The notes under the pieces were generated by a model that was not told the DNA's origin, did not search any database, and saw only the letters and a program-made list of their open reading frames with translations. Both the position numbers and the translations under genes were made by a program. Below, one piece after another: positions 52,043 through 64,000 of a stretch of DNA of 64,000 nt; the stretch's first letter is position 1; every line of letters starts with the position of its first letter. The DNA is from Glaucostegus cemiculus (taxonomy: Eukaryota), in the NCBI GenBank assembly GCA_976551045.1, contig CDPCPM010000073.1:18786001-18850000 (forward strand), in the 5' to 3' direction.

Positions 52043-52492
52043 GTAAGTTAATGCGTGAGAGAAATGGTTCATTATTGGTTAGCTGCGAAATGGCCATTGT
52101 TGCCTGAACAGTCAATGAGTGCCAAATGGCCTGAGTAGTCTGGCAATATAGTCCACTTGGCCCCCACTAAAAGCATCAGCAACCAACACCTAATCACTTC
52201 CACCTATCTAACTACCTCCTGGAAAAAAAGTCCTAATCATTCTGGTGTGGTAGGGGGCTGGTGGGACGGGGGCAGAGAAGCAAGTCAGGGAAGCAAGTAA
52301 AAAGCCAGCACTCTACCGGAATATGAGTCTTAGGGAATTCAGGACCAGCCGGCACCAGGTCACCCTTCTCTGCACAGCCGTGTTTTGTTTCTTCCTGTTA
52401 TTATGTGGTGTGCCCGTTCGGGAAGGTTTTTCTTTCTCACCCCCGATGGCCTCCGCTTGGCCTGGCATTGACCCCTGCCTTTCGATTACCAG

Positions 52493-52667
52493 GCATGGCA
52501 AGGGCTTCTTGCTGTCAGATGAGTTGGAGACGGGCGATGGGGCCAAAAAGAAGGCAAGGATTGTGAACCAGGATGAAGAGGATGAGACAGAAAGTGTGAG
52601 TGTGAAAGTAAAAAGGAGAAACCGAATGTGGGACGAGCAGGATGCATCTTCAAGCTTTTCACATGAG
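52493..52667 (+). CDS. TNRC18: TNRC18 exon, 175 nt, phase 2-0
   Basis: taccag|G CAT GGC AAG...CAT GAG|gtgagt. Translates HGKGFLLSDELETGDGAKKK...RNRMWDEQDASSSFSHE. Confidence 0.88.
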
Positions 52668-54945
52668 GTGAGTGATGGGAAGCGAGGCTGCTGCAGGACT
52701 GTCCTTTGATGACTTGATGATTCATTGTTAAGCTATTGTCTCATCTGGCATCCCATTTTTACAATAATAGTTCAGTAATCTCAGCCTTTTGTTCAGCCAA
52801 TTTGGCTAACAGCACTCTGAAATGATAAGTCATTGAAGTTACCCTTCAATTAATTTGATTATGACTTGATGGAAGTGTATGGTGTGAATGCAATGTGTGT
52901 AAATGCAGTCCGGAAAGAAATGGAGACACTGTTTTGCAACTGTCCATTTTTAGAAATACCATTTTTAAAAGAATATCTTATCAGGGATGGGGGCCCATGA
53001 GAAGATGTTGTATAAAGTTGTGCCTGTTGACATGCTGGTATTATCATAATTCATTATCCCTATTCATTGCTTGAATGAGGTGAACTTTGTCAAGAAAATT
53101 ACAATTCAAATAGGCTTGTGTTTACTTTTACAGAATGGTCTAAAATAATCATCTAATTGGTTGCCCATTATACAACTCGTGTGATGTTCTTTACTTTCAA
53201 AGTCATTTGCACCACAATGCCATGTTAAAATTACATCTAAATTGTCTTGAAGCTGCTCCTAACCAATGAATATTTAAAATAAACAGTGTGTAGCAATTAA
53301 ATGATTGCACAGATATCATAGCTCATTTGAGGTTATAGATTTTCATAATGGTTACCTTCATATCCTTATCATTCTCCTGCATGTATTTCTCATATTTGAA
53401 GGCAGCTATTGGTCAGGTTGCTGAAATCAGAAGAATCCAATTGATAAAATTTTCATTTTCTAATGTTGTTTGCAGAGAGGAGATTCCTCCAGGTATGAAA
53501 ATTCCCTCTGACACAGTTCCTTTGCTTACTGTTTGTAGTTTGGAAATCATTTCTCATTTCATTAACTATAAGAAAATCCTGAGCGCAAGTTTGAAACTGA
53601 CATTTCTGACTTTTCAGCCAATAGCAAACAGAAAGAATGTTTCAGTGATGTTTTTATTATTCGGTGCTCTTCCGAAAAATAAAAAAAAAGAATATCAGCA
53701 GTTTTTCAAAGGAAATGTGATGTAATTTCTGACTGCTGGCTATCAGAAGAGATATCCTATGAAAGATGATAAATATACAAGTGAAAAACGAGCACATTCT
53801 CTCTCTTTCATGAACACTAGCACACTATGTCAGCCAATGCCAAATACCAATGGGAATATCTCACAGTTGTGACAAAGGAAAAATGACAACCTTCACATCC
53901 CACTTCTTGAATGAGGAAGGAAGTTGCATCTTCGAAGATCTCAGAATATCCTATGAAGGGCTTTTTAGCCAGTGATGTCCTTTTGTGCAGTCACTGTTCT
54001 AATGTAGGAGGCTCAGCAGCCATTGTGCTCAGGTTCCATAAAAACAATGAAATAAGTGACAAGATATGTATTTCAGTGAGGTTGTTTAAACAAAATATGT
54101 CAGCCAGGAGTGTGTCATGAGATCACTGAGAAAGCTAACTTACCTTTCCGTAATTATTACTACACTGTCGTTTTTCCACCTCCTTATGAATACAGAAAGA
54201 ACCTCAATTTACTGTCTCATTTGACATTGCAGCACCCCCTCAATACTATATTGGAATGTCAGTTTAGGCTACATATTATAGTTTGTGAGGCTGGATTTGT
54301 ATCTTCAACAACTGTTAGAGAGTGAAGTGTAGACAACTGAGCCAAGCCATTGACCTTAATTTAGTTGGTATTTAATTGCAACAGGAGCAAAGCTTTTAGC
54401 AAGTACAGGGTGTACCTCTTTGATCCCAAGTGCTAAAAGAAGATAATGCTGTGGAAATATAAATCCATCGATAACCACACATCTAAATTATTAAAGACTC
54501 TAGAATATTTTGATCAGACTTTACATGTCCTGTCATCAAACATTAGCCATTGTAAGTTTTGGATCTCTTTGTATATTCCCTTGAAACATATTGAAGAAAT
54601 CAAAGTTTTCTCTCCATAAAATCCCTAATATGCAGAACATCATTGTTAAGTATCTCCTCAATATTCTCTGTTCTAAGAAGAGCAATCCCAGCTTTCTAAT
54701 TGAGGAAACAGCTGAAATTTGAAACTCAGAACTATTAACAATAATGCACAGAAGGTCAAAACCCAGTCATTTGCAAGAACATTGAGTGGTGTTCCATTGT
54801 CACCAGCCACAAAGTTATTATGTAGGAATGACAATCCAATCTCCTGTTCTCCTCGAGTGTACCTTTTTGCTTCTAGTGTTACTGAGGATGCCAGTTATGT
54901 TGAAATCAAGTAACTTCTGATCTCCTGTTACTTTAAACCCAACAG

Positions 54946-55321
54946 AGTCACGGCCAGATTAAGTTCAAGAAGAAGAGGAAGGTCAGTGAACAGGATCAAC
55001 TGGCAACCAAGCTGCATCAAACCCTCTCGCTAACTAAATTAAAGTCACCCTTTAAGTTTGCAGATGGCTCGACAGGGAAACAGAAATGCAGCACAACAGA
55101 CAGCTGTAGGCACTTGGCATCTCATGAAGACTTTTTGGGGAAGGATGGAAGGAAGACATTGCATAAAAGCATTGGTGGCTCACCAAGCATGCTCTCTTTC
55201 AAAGAAAGTAAAAACAAAATGGCAGCCAAAGGCAGGAAGTTGGAGTCAAGTTCAAAGATCAAGGGTAGGCTGAAGGCATCCCATTCTCCAGCAAGATCTG
55301 AGGTCAGCAGTTACTCCTACA
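54946..55321 (+). CDS. TNRC18: TNRC18 exon, 376 nt, phase 0-1
   Basis: caacag|AGT CAC GGC...TAC A|gtaagt. Translates SHGQIKFKKKRKVSEQDQLATKLHQTLSLTKLKSPFKF...HSPARSEVSSYSY. Confidence 0.92.
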
Positions 55322-56568
55322 GTAAGTTCCATTTTTCCCAATTACTTGAAGTATATTTCTTGGATTTCTATACCCTACATTATCCCTGTGTTAGAAGGAT
55401 CCAAAATGAAGTCTGTTATTATCCAAAAAGAGATTTGATTACTGCATGTGGAAATGCAGAGTCAAAAAATTCAAAGCCTCCCTGATGTATAAAAAAGTAC
55501 CCTGCACATTTAGATGAAGTCCTCAGTCTCGCTTCCTACTAGTTTGTGTTTAAGAGTCTCAGCTGAGGTTAGATCATGAGTGCCTTGTAGTGCAAAATGC
55601 ATCCTATGAAACTGACACTGCTTTTGGAAGTTCCTTAAAATAATTATATTGCTGATTTGGTTTTGGTGATTCTATGTGTGTTTAATTTTCAAGTTAATGG
55701 ATGCCAGCACTGGGAATGAAATACTTTCCCATTTTGCAGCCAGTATTAACATTCCAAGGTTTGGTCTGATTCTGCCCAGATGTAAAAAAATAGCTTCCAA
55801 CCCAACTACCCTGCTCTGTTTTAACCTTGGATCAATTTGAGACTCACTGCACCGGCTGTCAAGTTACTGTTGCAGATCAGACAGCTTTTAAAGGACTAGA
55901 TGATTTTCATTTCCTCTGAAATCCTTGTGAACGAAAAGTTGATTGGCTTCTCTATCAGCTGATCGGCAAGTTGAAAATCCACCCCAAGCATCAGGTTGTT
56001 GCTTGTGTCATTCTTTGTGTCTGAGCAGATAATACATTGCCAGTGTCTACAATCACTTTGTTCTGTGGGTCTGAGTAATCCCTGGAGGTTTTTTTAAAAT
56101 CGTTGCTGTCCAGTGACTGATGTTAAAACTTAAAAAACCAATGCAATTAGCCAAAATCTTGTGAATGATCCTAATAATGTTTGGCTACTGCATTTGGATG
56201 TCTTGAATATTATGTCCATGTTACTTGCAGTGATCTCAATGCAACAACATAATAAGATAATAGTCATCACTAGATTGCTGATAGTTGTCATTTTTAGCAG
56301 AACTTTCTGACCTGGTGATTTTTGTGAAATAAATGTGTTGGTCAGTGTGCAAGAAAAGCTGGCAAATTTGATATCCTCCTGTCCCTTGCCTGTAGGGGCA
56401 GGAGAGAGGCTAACAGTTGACTTCAGTCTCCCTGTGCTGAGGAGGAAGGGGCAAATCCTAGTGACCTGAATGAGAACTATGTGTGTATGGTCATTACGGT
56501 GAGGACAGGAATGGGTGCAATTGTGATGCATACCACAGTGGATGGTCTTAGCCAGACTCACTTTCCAG

Positions 56569-57300
56569 GATCAGAATCAGTTTTATTGTCACAACCATAT
56601 ACATACAGAGTATGCATAGGAGCGAGATACCGTCCTCCTCAGGTGCTTGTCCCATAAAATAACAACCAACAGAGACACACATACACACTTGACAGAATAA
56701 ACATTAAAAAAATTAAACATTATAAGCTACGGAAGTTAAAATTAAATTAATACGCAGATTAAATTAAAAATGGCCGGTAAATAAATAAATAGTTATTAAA
56801 GTGAACGGGCTGGTGTCGGGCATTTAAAGTCCTGGTGCATTTCTGTGCACCTAGCATCTCTTAGTGTTAACAAAGGAAGATGGAGGGATGAGAGAGTTTG
56901 CAGTTCTGATGGCTTGCGGAAAGAAGCTATTGTTCAGCCTGATCGTTCTTGCCCTGATACATTTAAGCCTCCTCCCTGATGGCAAAATTGTAAAGAGGTG
57001 GTGGGAAGGGTGAGAAGGGTCGGCCGTTATGCTTTTGGTCTTCCTCACACAACTGTCTTTGTATATGTCTGCGAGGGATGGAAGCGAGACACCTATGATC
57101 CACTCCGCAGCCCTAACTATCTTCTGGAGGGACTTCCGCCCAGCAGCTGAGCAGCTTCCAAACCAAACAGTGATACATTGAGTTAGGATGCTCTCAATGG
57201 TCCCCCTATAGAAGGTTTTCATGACGGAGGGATGGGGGTACGCTTTCCTCAGTCTCCGCAGGAAGTAGAGGCGTTTCTGAGCTTTCTTCGTGAGGGTTGG
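56569..57300 (-). mobile_element. Rex1/Babar LINE, 5'-truncated, with intact RT C-terminal frame
   Basis: Reads TLTKKAQKRLYFLRRLRKA...FYRGTIESILTQCITVWFGSC...DPSHPSHHLFTILPSGRR...RLNNSFFPQAIR. The reverse tail reads gacaataaaactgattctgatc. Confidence 0.92.
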
Positions 57301-58112
57301 TGAGGTTGACAGAGGAAGAATGCTGTTTTTGTGATAGGTTTATTGGGAAAACGATACTATCAGAGCCTTACTCTGAAATGAACTTGCACTTGGAAAGGAG
57401 CATAAACAAGTAGGAAAAAAAATGTGAATTACCCATTAGTTCTGCTGGTTTTCATTGGTCCAAACAAATTGGAAGGTTTAACTGGAAAAAAACTGTTTGA
57501 ATGGCATTGAATATAATTCTTTCTTTCATGTATTAGCAAACAAGTTAAGTTTTACAGAGCTACACTGCACATGTAAAAATAATTGTAATATATTCATTCT
57601 ACTAATTTATCTCTTGCCTATCATTACAACAAGTTGCATTTATATTTCAAATTTCTCAAAACAGAATATCCCAAACAATGTGCCCAACATAGTAACAAAC
57701 AAAATTGGATTCCAAGCCACAAAAGGAAATGTAAACACTTGTGATTAAAAGCTTGGTGAAACAGATGGATTTTAAGGTACCCTACAAGGAGCAGACGTGG
57801 AGAGCTTTGGGAGGAATGTTTGAGCATAACAGTGCAGATTATAATAGGGATGGAGGAGGTTTCAGAGGTTGGGAAGGATGAAGCCAGGGAGGGATTTGAA
57901 TGCAAGCTTGAGAATTTAAAAATTGAGGCAACAAATTATAGACTGACTTTTCATTAGATAGTGAACTTTGGCATCTTATCTACTGCAACCCCATTGTCAG
58001 GCATTTGGCAACTTAAGGAAACCTGGTCACTTACCATTTATGTTTCTTTCACAATACTGTGGTATGCTGAGGCTGTAAGTGGTGACACTGAGTGCTACCT
58101 TTACCACTGCAG

Positions 58113-58418
58113 ATACTGACACAGAGGATGAGGATGAGGAGGAGTTGGGAAAGAATGAATGGCCACTGCAGTCCACCTCAAGTATGTCCGAGCGATCGGG
58201 CTCCAAGCAGAAGGCACCTGCTCTGTATGGCATAATATCAAAGAAAAGCAAGGCTTCACTGGGCACAAAGCAGGCCAAAAGACTTGCTTCTGCCACCGGG
58301 ACTGTGCGATCGCAGCGAGCGACAGACAAGAAAAAACTGAAGCACTTTGCCTTGCTGCTGGAGGAAGCTGAGGCTGGATCCTCCTTCACTGACAGTTCGG
58401 AGGACTCATTCAATCAAG
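58113..58418 (+). CDS. TNRC18: TNRC18 exon, 306 nt, phase 1-1
   Basis: ctgcag|AT ACT GAC...CAA G|gttaat. Translates NTDTEDEDEEELGKNEWP...KKKLKHFALLLEEAEAGSSFTDSSEDSFNQ. Confidence 0.92.
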
Positions 58419-61400
58419 GTTAATAGAAGTAAACCTCAGGTGTTGAAAGAAAATGATGGTGCAAAGTAGTGACCATCTGGAATTTGGCAGTGTAGGCTGC
58501 CCTTTTCTAACTGTGATGTATTAAATATTGGCTCTTTTGGAGCCTGTATCTAATAGGCTAATTCCTAAGTCCTTTTTTTCCTTGGCATTGGCCTCTTGAG
58601 AGGCTGCAATGAACCACTGGAATTGTAAATTGAATACTTTGTGTGCGTGTGTGTGTTTTCCCAATGTTTGTACTGCAATTTGGTGCTGAAGCTTAATTAA
58701 ACATGTTAATTTCTTTTTTAACTAAATGAGCGTGCTTTGTCTCTCTTGCTTTGCATCTGCTTTTAATTTTTTTTAAATATAGTCTCCTTCTAATAGATGA
58801 AAGGGCATTTCACTTCATTCCCACTTGCAATAGAACACTCTATTATTCAGATATCCCTTTCATGTCAGGCTGTTTGTAGGAAATGCAGCAATGTTGGTTT
58901 TCTTTGTCTTTATTTCTTAGAAGCTTGCTGGTATCGCCTCCTCTAGTTTCTAATACATCCTTGAATATCCAATAATTTCAATGTTCCTTTTTTTTGTTTC
59001 TTCATTTTCTGTTTTATCGGTTCAAACTTTTCCCAAAGCCACAAAATGAAAGATGTATGCGGAAGCATCAGAGCTTGAATATTCTCCTCTGGAGTTGATT
59101 GGCATTTTCTGCTTGGGCTGATTAAATAAGGCTGCATCTGCATTTACTGAAGCACTCAGCAAACGCCCCCAATGGAAACCAGAATATTATGTAGCATTGG
59201 GTGGGGACTCGTATACAGGAACAATTATTAGCATGTCATTTGTTGAAACCCTATGAAAGATTTAATTAATATATTTAACCAATTTGAAGGATTTAGAAAG
59301 TTTCAAGTCAATAGTGACATTGTGGAATTTTAATCATTGGTTATGTTCAGTATACATTGGATTGAACAGCCTGAGTGTAGTATAATGTTGCCAGAATATG
59401 TTAAATATGCAGAGTAACTGTACATCCCTGTATTCCCAGTTTTAAATTGTCATTGTCCTTTGTAACTGAGTATCTGGAGACACTGGGCTTTCATGAGCTC
59501 GTTTCCCAGATATTCTTAAAGCTTTGGTGTAGCAGACTGGTTTTCCAGTACAATAAAAGGCCATTTAACAGCAGTTCTGTAATCATGTCAAATTTAAGTT
59601 AAACTGAAAAAGTTGTAACTTTTTAAATTAAGATGGGATCTTATAGATTTTTTTTAATTTGACAGTTTGATTCTTTTGTTGGGCCGATGATGTATTTTGA
59701 GACAACTGTCACACCAGTTGTAAAATTATGTCACAGTTTGAAAGCAGTTGCCTGATATTCACCTTATCCCCTGATAAGCTTGGAGAGGTTGGAAGTTTAT
59801 GTGTACTGTTTTTTTTGAACAAAAAAATTCTGTACATGATAATTTAAAGAAATAAATGTGTAAACTGTATTAATATCTTAAAGCTCTGTTGTTTAAATAG
59901 TATCATTCCAAGGGAGATTTGGGGGCAAATGCCCTTTTTTTTATAAAAATGGTGAATCTAAATTAATCACTGCCCACTTTGTATCAGTATTTTGCGCCTC
60001 TATTCTGTTCCAGAGTGCAGATATTCCAACTCATTTATACACTGAGTTTGTTGAATCATTTTTTTGTTTTCAGAGGCAAGTCCCTTCTGTGTAATGAGGC
60101 AAATCCAATTGAATGGGAACAGGAGGGTATTTTGTTGAGCAAGGTGCATCTTTTGTATCAACATGGTTGCTGCAAATACCCGAATTCACAGAACTGGACT
60201 TGCATTAGGACTAGGTGGAGACATAACAGCAAGCAACCACATGAAATCTTCAGAAGGCTAGAACCCATTGCCGGAAGCCATTTTGTCTTTTTTTAAATGG
60301 CAATGGTCAACAGTGTTGGCTAGACACTTGAACTTGGCTGAGCAAAAGGTTACGATTTGTAATGCTAGTTTAAGGTAGTAGGAAAGGGCAAATTATTTTT
60401 AGCTAAGTGTTAGTCATAACAGTACTCAGAATATCACGCTGAACTAAAATCAGAACTAGATTCAGATCAAAATGAACTGGAAATAATGAAATATTAAATA
60501 AAGACAAGAATACTTCTTAAAGAAGCAAATCAAATCTAAATCTTTTGCTCATCCATTTGAACAAAATTGTATACTCCTGGATGATACAGTTCTGTGAGAA
60601 TGGCTGAGGTTCACTGAGCCTAAATCTTTGGGTATTCATTTTTTAACATATTTGGGATGTGAACTATTCTTGAACCTTCACAAAGGAAGCAATGCCAGTT
60701 GTAAATAATCCAGTGGTCTTCCTTCATTCCTACTCCTGTTTTGCAGTTGACATTGTGCCAAAATCCATTAATGCCTGGTTGCATTAACACATCTTATAAC
60801 AACCAGCCAAATCAATAGACTCTGTACTAGACAGTGCCCTTGCTGTGGCAATGAATTGATCATTTCTGCTGGTCTGTCTTAGGAAAACAGCCCACCATAT
60901 GTGCGTGTGGATTTATTCAGGGCTGTGAGATCAAGCAATGTGGCCATAATGGATTTAGAGTTTAACATATTCTGCTTGAATGCGGCAGGATGTTTGTAAA
61001 CTCAACAGCACAAGCAAGAGAGGAGTAGGATCACTGGGTTTTCATATAATTGGCAATGGTACATTGATAGTGAAGTTGCTTTCTTGAAATTTTTGAAATG
61101 TTGCCTACAAAAGGTCAGAGAAGGGTTGCCTGGTATTGTTATTAAAGGGCAAAATATGTTACTAATTGCCTTAAGGGATATTTGGGTAATAGGGTTCTTT
61201 ATGGCTGTCCCCTAATGTCAGTACTAAAACAATAACTGGCTTTTCTAGATTGCTCGCTTTCTCCTTGCAGCTGCTTGACACCCCTTCACCTTTGACCCCC
61301 TATCCATGATGCTTGAATGTCTATCGGTATCTTGCATTGCTCTCGTGCTGCACTAAGAAGCAAAGTGATTGGCTGGGAGTAGGGCAGACACCACGCAGTG

Positions 61401-62653
61401 GGGTCACTTTCCATGGCAGCAGAAGCTTGCACTTTGTTATGTAGGTAGGAAAACCACTTTTTTTCATGTGACCTATGAACTCTGACTTGTCATTTTTTTT
61501 GTTTAATAAGTTGTACCTATACAAGCATATTTAAATTTTAATGTTTTGGGGAAGCAAATATCCCTTTTGCTGTTGCAATTAAAGATATTGTTGTGATAAA
61601 ATATATAAATTGTTACCATGACAACAAAAGACCCAAAACTGTTCGAAGTCTGCCTACACACAGCCTCCTTTGTGCGCAGTAGGCTTGCTTGCTTTTACCA
61701 ATAAGCTGTGATGTGTTTTTCTGAGGACTACATGCTCAGAAGAAAGCTTTCTTTGCTTAACATACTTACGCTGCTCGATATCTCCTGAAATAATAAAAGT
61801 GCTGCTAACAGTCGGCTTTCTTAACTTTACTTCTCCCTAACCAATCTTGCACTATTTAGTAGGTCTAAACTTTCTGTAACATTTCAAAGCAAAACCACCA
61901 AAAATTGCTGTTAACCAGTAAAAATTTCATCGAGTAGTGCAAATATTTTAAAATATGCATAGAATGTAAGTCAAAGAAAAGAAAATGAATGTTGATGTCT
62001 CTGTGAGATGGTACATTAATGTAAAACACATCTGTAAATTTAATCCTTGGACTAAAAGGTGCCCATCTGACAGCTACCAACAGTCAAAGGACTAAATAAG
62101 ATTTGCATTATGGAATTCCTTCACACAAAGTTATTTAATTTCTTATCTGTTTTATATTTATGTACTGTGAAATTTGTATGTCGGAAATGTGGGTTGGAGG
62201 AGTGGAGAATGTTGGTCCATGTAGGCAAATGTATTTTAATGTGGTTCCATCAATGGGAATTCCTGAGGTAGAAAGGTAACTGTCCATTCTAATCACCAGT
62301 TTGTATCGCTTGTGACTGAGGAATGGATAATCTTTCACCCACTCAGCATCCTTAAAAGTTATACCTGCCCTTACCTTAAAGTGTCAATACACTATTCATG
62401 TTTAAGTATAAATATAACATAACCTAGAGTGGGTTGGATGGGGAATTAGGATGTCTTACTCTTTAATAAAAAATCTGAAGAATTTTAGTCTAACTGTCCG
62501 TACTTTAACATTTCTACTCCAGTCTTAAGAAGGATGCATAACTGATGACAAAGAGACTCAAACCACAAATAGGATTCATTCTCCAGTACTTTCAACCCAC
62601 TCTCTATTGTTCATTGTTTTACTGCTGGTAACTTCCCACTTTTTTCAATGTAG

Positions 62654-62857
62654 ATTACACCTCTGAAGAAGAGGATTATAGGAATGACTGCAGTGATGGT
62701 CTTTCCTCGCCTGTCCTGGATGAGAGTGGCCTTGGCTTACTAGCCAGATTCGCGGCTAGTGCCATGCCAAGCCCGATAATGACACCACCATTATCCATTG
62801 TACAGCTGGAGGCAAAGCAGAAAGCTAAAAAGAAAGAAGAAAGGCAAAGTTTAATGG
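62654..62857 (+). CDS. TNRC18: TNRC18 exon (last seen in window), 204 nt, phase 1-1
   Basis: atgtag|AT TAC ACC...ATG G|gtaagt. Translates DYTSEEEDY...DESGLGLLARFAASAMPSPIMTPPLSIVQLEAKQKAKKKEERQSLM. Confidence 0.94.
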
Positions 62858-64000
62858 GTAAGTAAATATCTTTAACTGCAAAGCAATGGGTGAGTGTAAG
62901 ACCTAAACATTGATTTATTACATTTTACTTGCATTAAGACAGCATTGTATGTCATCCTAATGTTGTTTGTAATGATTCCATAAAGGTGATGATCTTCAGT
63001 TGTAAGTTTCCCAGAAATTTGTTATCAACTTTCCCTGAGTAGCACTGCACTGTGTCAGTTTTAGTATGCACAATTCTATTGATCTACCATGGAATTTTGC
63101 AGATGCTGGCATATAGATTATCAATTGTGACCTCAGCAAATGCAAGCAGCACTCTTCAAGCTACTGGGGAGTGCTTCTACTTAAGAACTGGATAATGTGA
63201 TGAGGACGGGAGTGCAAGAATGCTCCTAGGAGATCCAAGTTCAGAGCCAAGAGGAGGCATGCTCTTCATTCAGGGTAGCTGAGGAGGGCCACTTGGACTG
63301 CAGCCAGGCACTCCCAGGGAGGCTTCCCTAGAGAATAATACCATGGAGTACAATCAATGCCTGCACGATGGGAGGCATCAAATCCCCTGTGTCCATTCTG
63401 CCTGTGGGTTGAAGATGAAGTAGATGAGCTATCCCTGAGGGCAAAGCTTGAATGACCTCCTGAATGCAACAGTGAGCAACAAACTGTGAGTTGTGACAAA
63501 GAACACTGGCGGCAACCTGGAATAATCCTTAAAAGGAGGCTGAGAGAGACTGTGGCCCTGACGTCTCTGAATAAAGCAGTTTGTTAATCTGCACTTGAGG
63601 TTGCAGAAGGTCACCGGTCTCACTGAAGACAAAGCGTGCAGTTTGTGCCCCTTCAAGTAGTTCAGTTTCAGGGGACACAGTAAAATCCTGGTTGTTCTGA
63701 CTGTAGATAAGAACAGTTATTTATCAAATCAGTAGGGTTGAAAATAACATTGGAAACAAATTTTGGGTGTTAGATTATATTATTGACATCATTTGGGGGC
63801 AGTTATACATCAGGAAAAAAATTCTAGTGTTAACAAAGATCCCACTGAAATGTCAGAGGGTGAAATACTCATAGGATGCTAAGGTGTCCAGGAATGGATG
63901 CAGTGTTGTTCTGCTTTGGGTTAAGTCTATTTTCAATGGCGCAGCATCATTCCTTGTCATTTTGTGAGTGAGGCAGTTTCTGTGGAGGATGAAGTGTTAA

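Noticed and set aside
58921-58930. 10-nt microexon (ttcttag|aagcttgctg|gtatcg)
   Set aside because: The acceptor is good but the donor is weak, and there is no other support.

Overview
Eukaryotic, CpG-depleted, repeat-rich vertebrate DNA. The repeat families (V-SINE/HE1-like, DeuSINE-like, CR1, RTE, Rex1, Penelope-like palindromes) point to a cartilaginous fish, probably a ray or shark. The window appears to lie within one + strand gene, TNRC18 (a BAH-domain H3K9me3 reader). I traced 15 consecutive coding exons from 22263 to 62857. All have GT-AG introns and consistent phases, giving 5481 nt (1827 codons) with no frameshift. The N-terminal exons and the C-terminal Tudor/BAH exons are not seen here. 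Apart from exon-overlapping and LINE-derived frames, the ORF track is noise. I found no prokaryotic-type system. The most notable observations are: a perfect 72-bp tandem duplication of an exon end plus its splice donor; a 40-bp copy of exon sequence inside an intronic repeat 3.6 kb away; four candidate stop-introducing ('poison') cassette or micro-exons; palindromic elements with hammerhead-ribozyme-like cores next to exons; a perfect 12-bp hairpin near an acceptor; and a young CpG-intact Rex1 insertion. All splicing and ribozyme claims are inferences that need RNA or comparative data.
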